A stretch of DNA of 63,995 nucleotides, the filler included, from Basidiobolus ranarum (lineage: Eukaryota): assembly GCA_040143965.1 (NCBI GenBank). It is 3 parts of 3 records of this genome, joined end to end, with 100 filler letters (N's around TTAATTAATTAA, not from the genome) between each part and the next. Parts side by side here need not be neighbours in the genome. Positions count along the whole stretch, not along the records: positions 47,046 to 63,995 come from JASJQH010007198.1; 2 more parts are not named here. One strand, 5' to 3'. Made by a program: the position numbers and the translations under genes. The notes under the pieces were generated by a model. The model was given only the letters and a program-made list of their open reading frames with translations, ran no database searches and was not told where the DNA came from. Shown here one piece after another: positions 63,248-63,995 of the stretch. The stretch's first letter is position 1. Every line of letters starts with the position of its first letter.

Positions 63248-63995
63248 TCATTGACTGTTTTGGTACTTGTATGATACTTTATCCACTTCATGGACTTCTT
63301 GCCTTCTACCATAGCTGGGAAATACAAGGGAGATAAGGAAGCCGGAGACGATCAAACCAATTCCAGAAAAGCCCAAGGCCAACAAGAATGGTGGGAAGTC
63401 ATACCCTTCAAAAAAGGTAAAGTGCATACCGTCGCTGAGATTTCCCTTCACGATAGTCCCGTAGACCATGACTGAAGCGAATCCAGAGACACATCCAATG
63501 AGGACTGATGCAGTATTGACCATATGGCGTCCTGGCCCCTCCCAGAGTCCCGAGAAAATTGGAAGAATAAAACAAGTAGTTACCAGGTTGGAAAGTAAGA
63601 ACAGGTCAATAACTTGGTACCCCTTCAAAGATATGATAACCAAGGGTACATTCACTACTACTACTAAGATCCTAGATATCCAAACGGGACGGTTCTTCAA
63701 GAACACCGAAGAAATACTATCTACCAAAGCGTTTTGCATACTATCCACAGCAGATGAGTTCATAACAACTGCAAGGATAGTAACAATGACGGTGATCCAT
63801 ATTGGTGCTTCGCCTCCATGTCCCAATAGAGTGAACAGTATTACATTTGGGTTGGATGAATCCAAGCCGGCCCAAATAGCTAAGAACCCACAAAATCCAA
63901 GTATGAAAACCACCAAAATGGTGATCACCATAGCAATTATCGCTGCTTGGTTGAGGGAGCGCGGATCCTCTGAAGCCCAAACACGTTGCCACATA
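63248..63995 (-). CDS. 3' part of a sodium:solute symporter family (Dur3/Dur31-like) transporter; 5' end is beyond the window
   Basis: WQRVWASED, ILGFCGFLAIWAG, SSAVDSMQNAL and LFLLSNLVTTCFILPIFSGLW; multiple TM helices; frame open to the window edge. Confidence 0.85.
   Translation of the reverse strand, partial: MWQRVWASEDPRSLNQAAIIAMVITILVVFILGFCGFLAIWAGLDSSNPNVILFTLLGHGGEAPIWITVIVTILAVVMNSSAVDSMQNALVDSISSVFLKNRPVWISRILVVVVNVPLVIISLKGYQVIDLFLLSNLVTTCFILPIFSGLWEGPGRHMVNTASVLIGCVSGFASVMVYGTIVKGNLSDGMHFTFFEGYDFPPFLLALGFSGIGLIVSGFLISLVFPSYGRRQEVHEVDKVSYKYQNSQ

Overview
Eukaryotic, AT-rich nuclear DNA with many short (about 55-70 nt) GT-AG introns. The gene set (FANCD2, SERCA, 7TM-RGS, dual histidine kinase, TBC1D22-like GYP1) points to an early-diverging fungus; Basidiobolus/Zoopagomycota-like is my inference. 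Left to right: 5' part of a SAM-domain, probably ATRX/SNF2-like gene; a triple HMG-box factor; SERCA; a formate/nitrite channel; SIP5; MTR4; a mitochondrial atp9 insertion (NUMT); the 3' end of a gene made of 31-aa Tyr/Arg/acidic repeats, in a frame the ORF track missed; an assembly gap; the 3' end of a bacterial MnxG-like multicopper oxidase; GYP1/TBC1D22; Ran; FANCD2; a 7TM-RGS protein; a damaged TPP-riboswitch-like element in an orphan intron-like segment; a dual hybrid histidine kinase; a second gap; an LTE1-like RasGEF; ERO1; a decayed Ty3/Gypsy-like element; an amino-acid transporter; and the 3' part of a sodium:solute symporter. The most interesting leads are (i) the probably horizontally acquired MnxG-like copper oxidase lying head-to-head, across an unsized gap, with the Tyr-rich RR-punctuated repeat protein, and (ii) the orphan TPP riboswitch relic. 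All family assignments come from motif recognition by eye; no searches were run.
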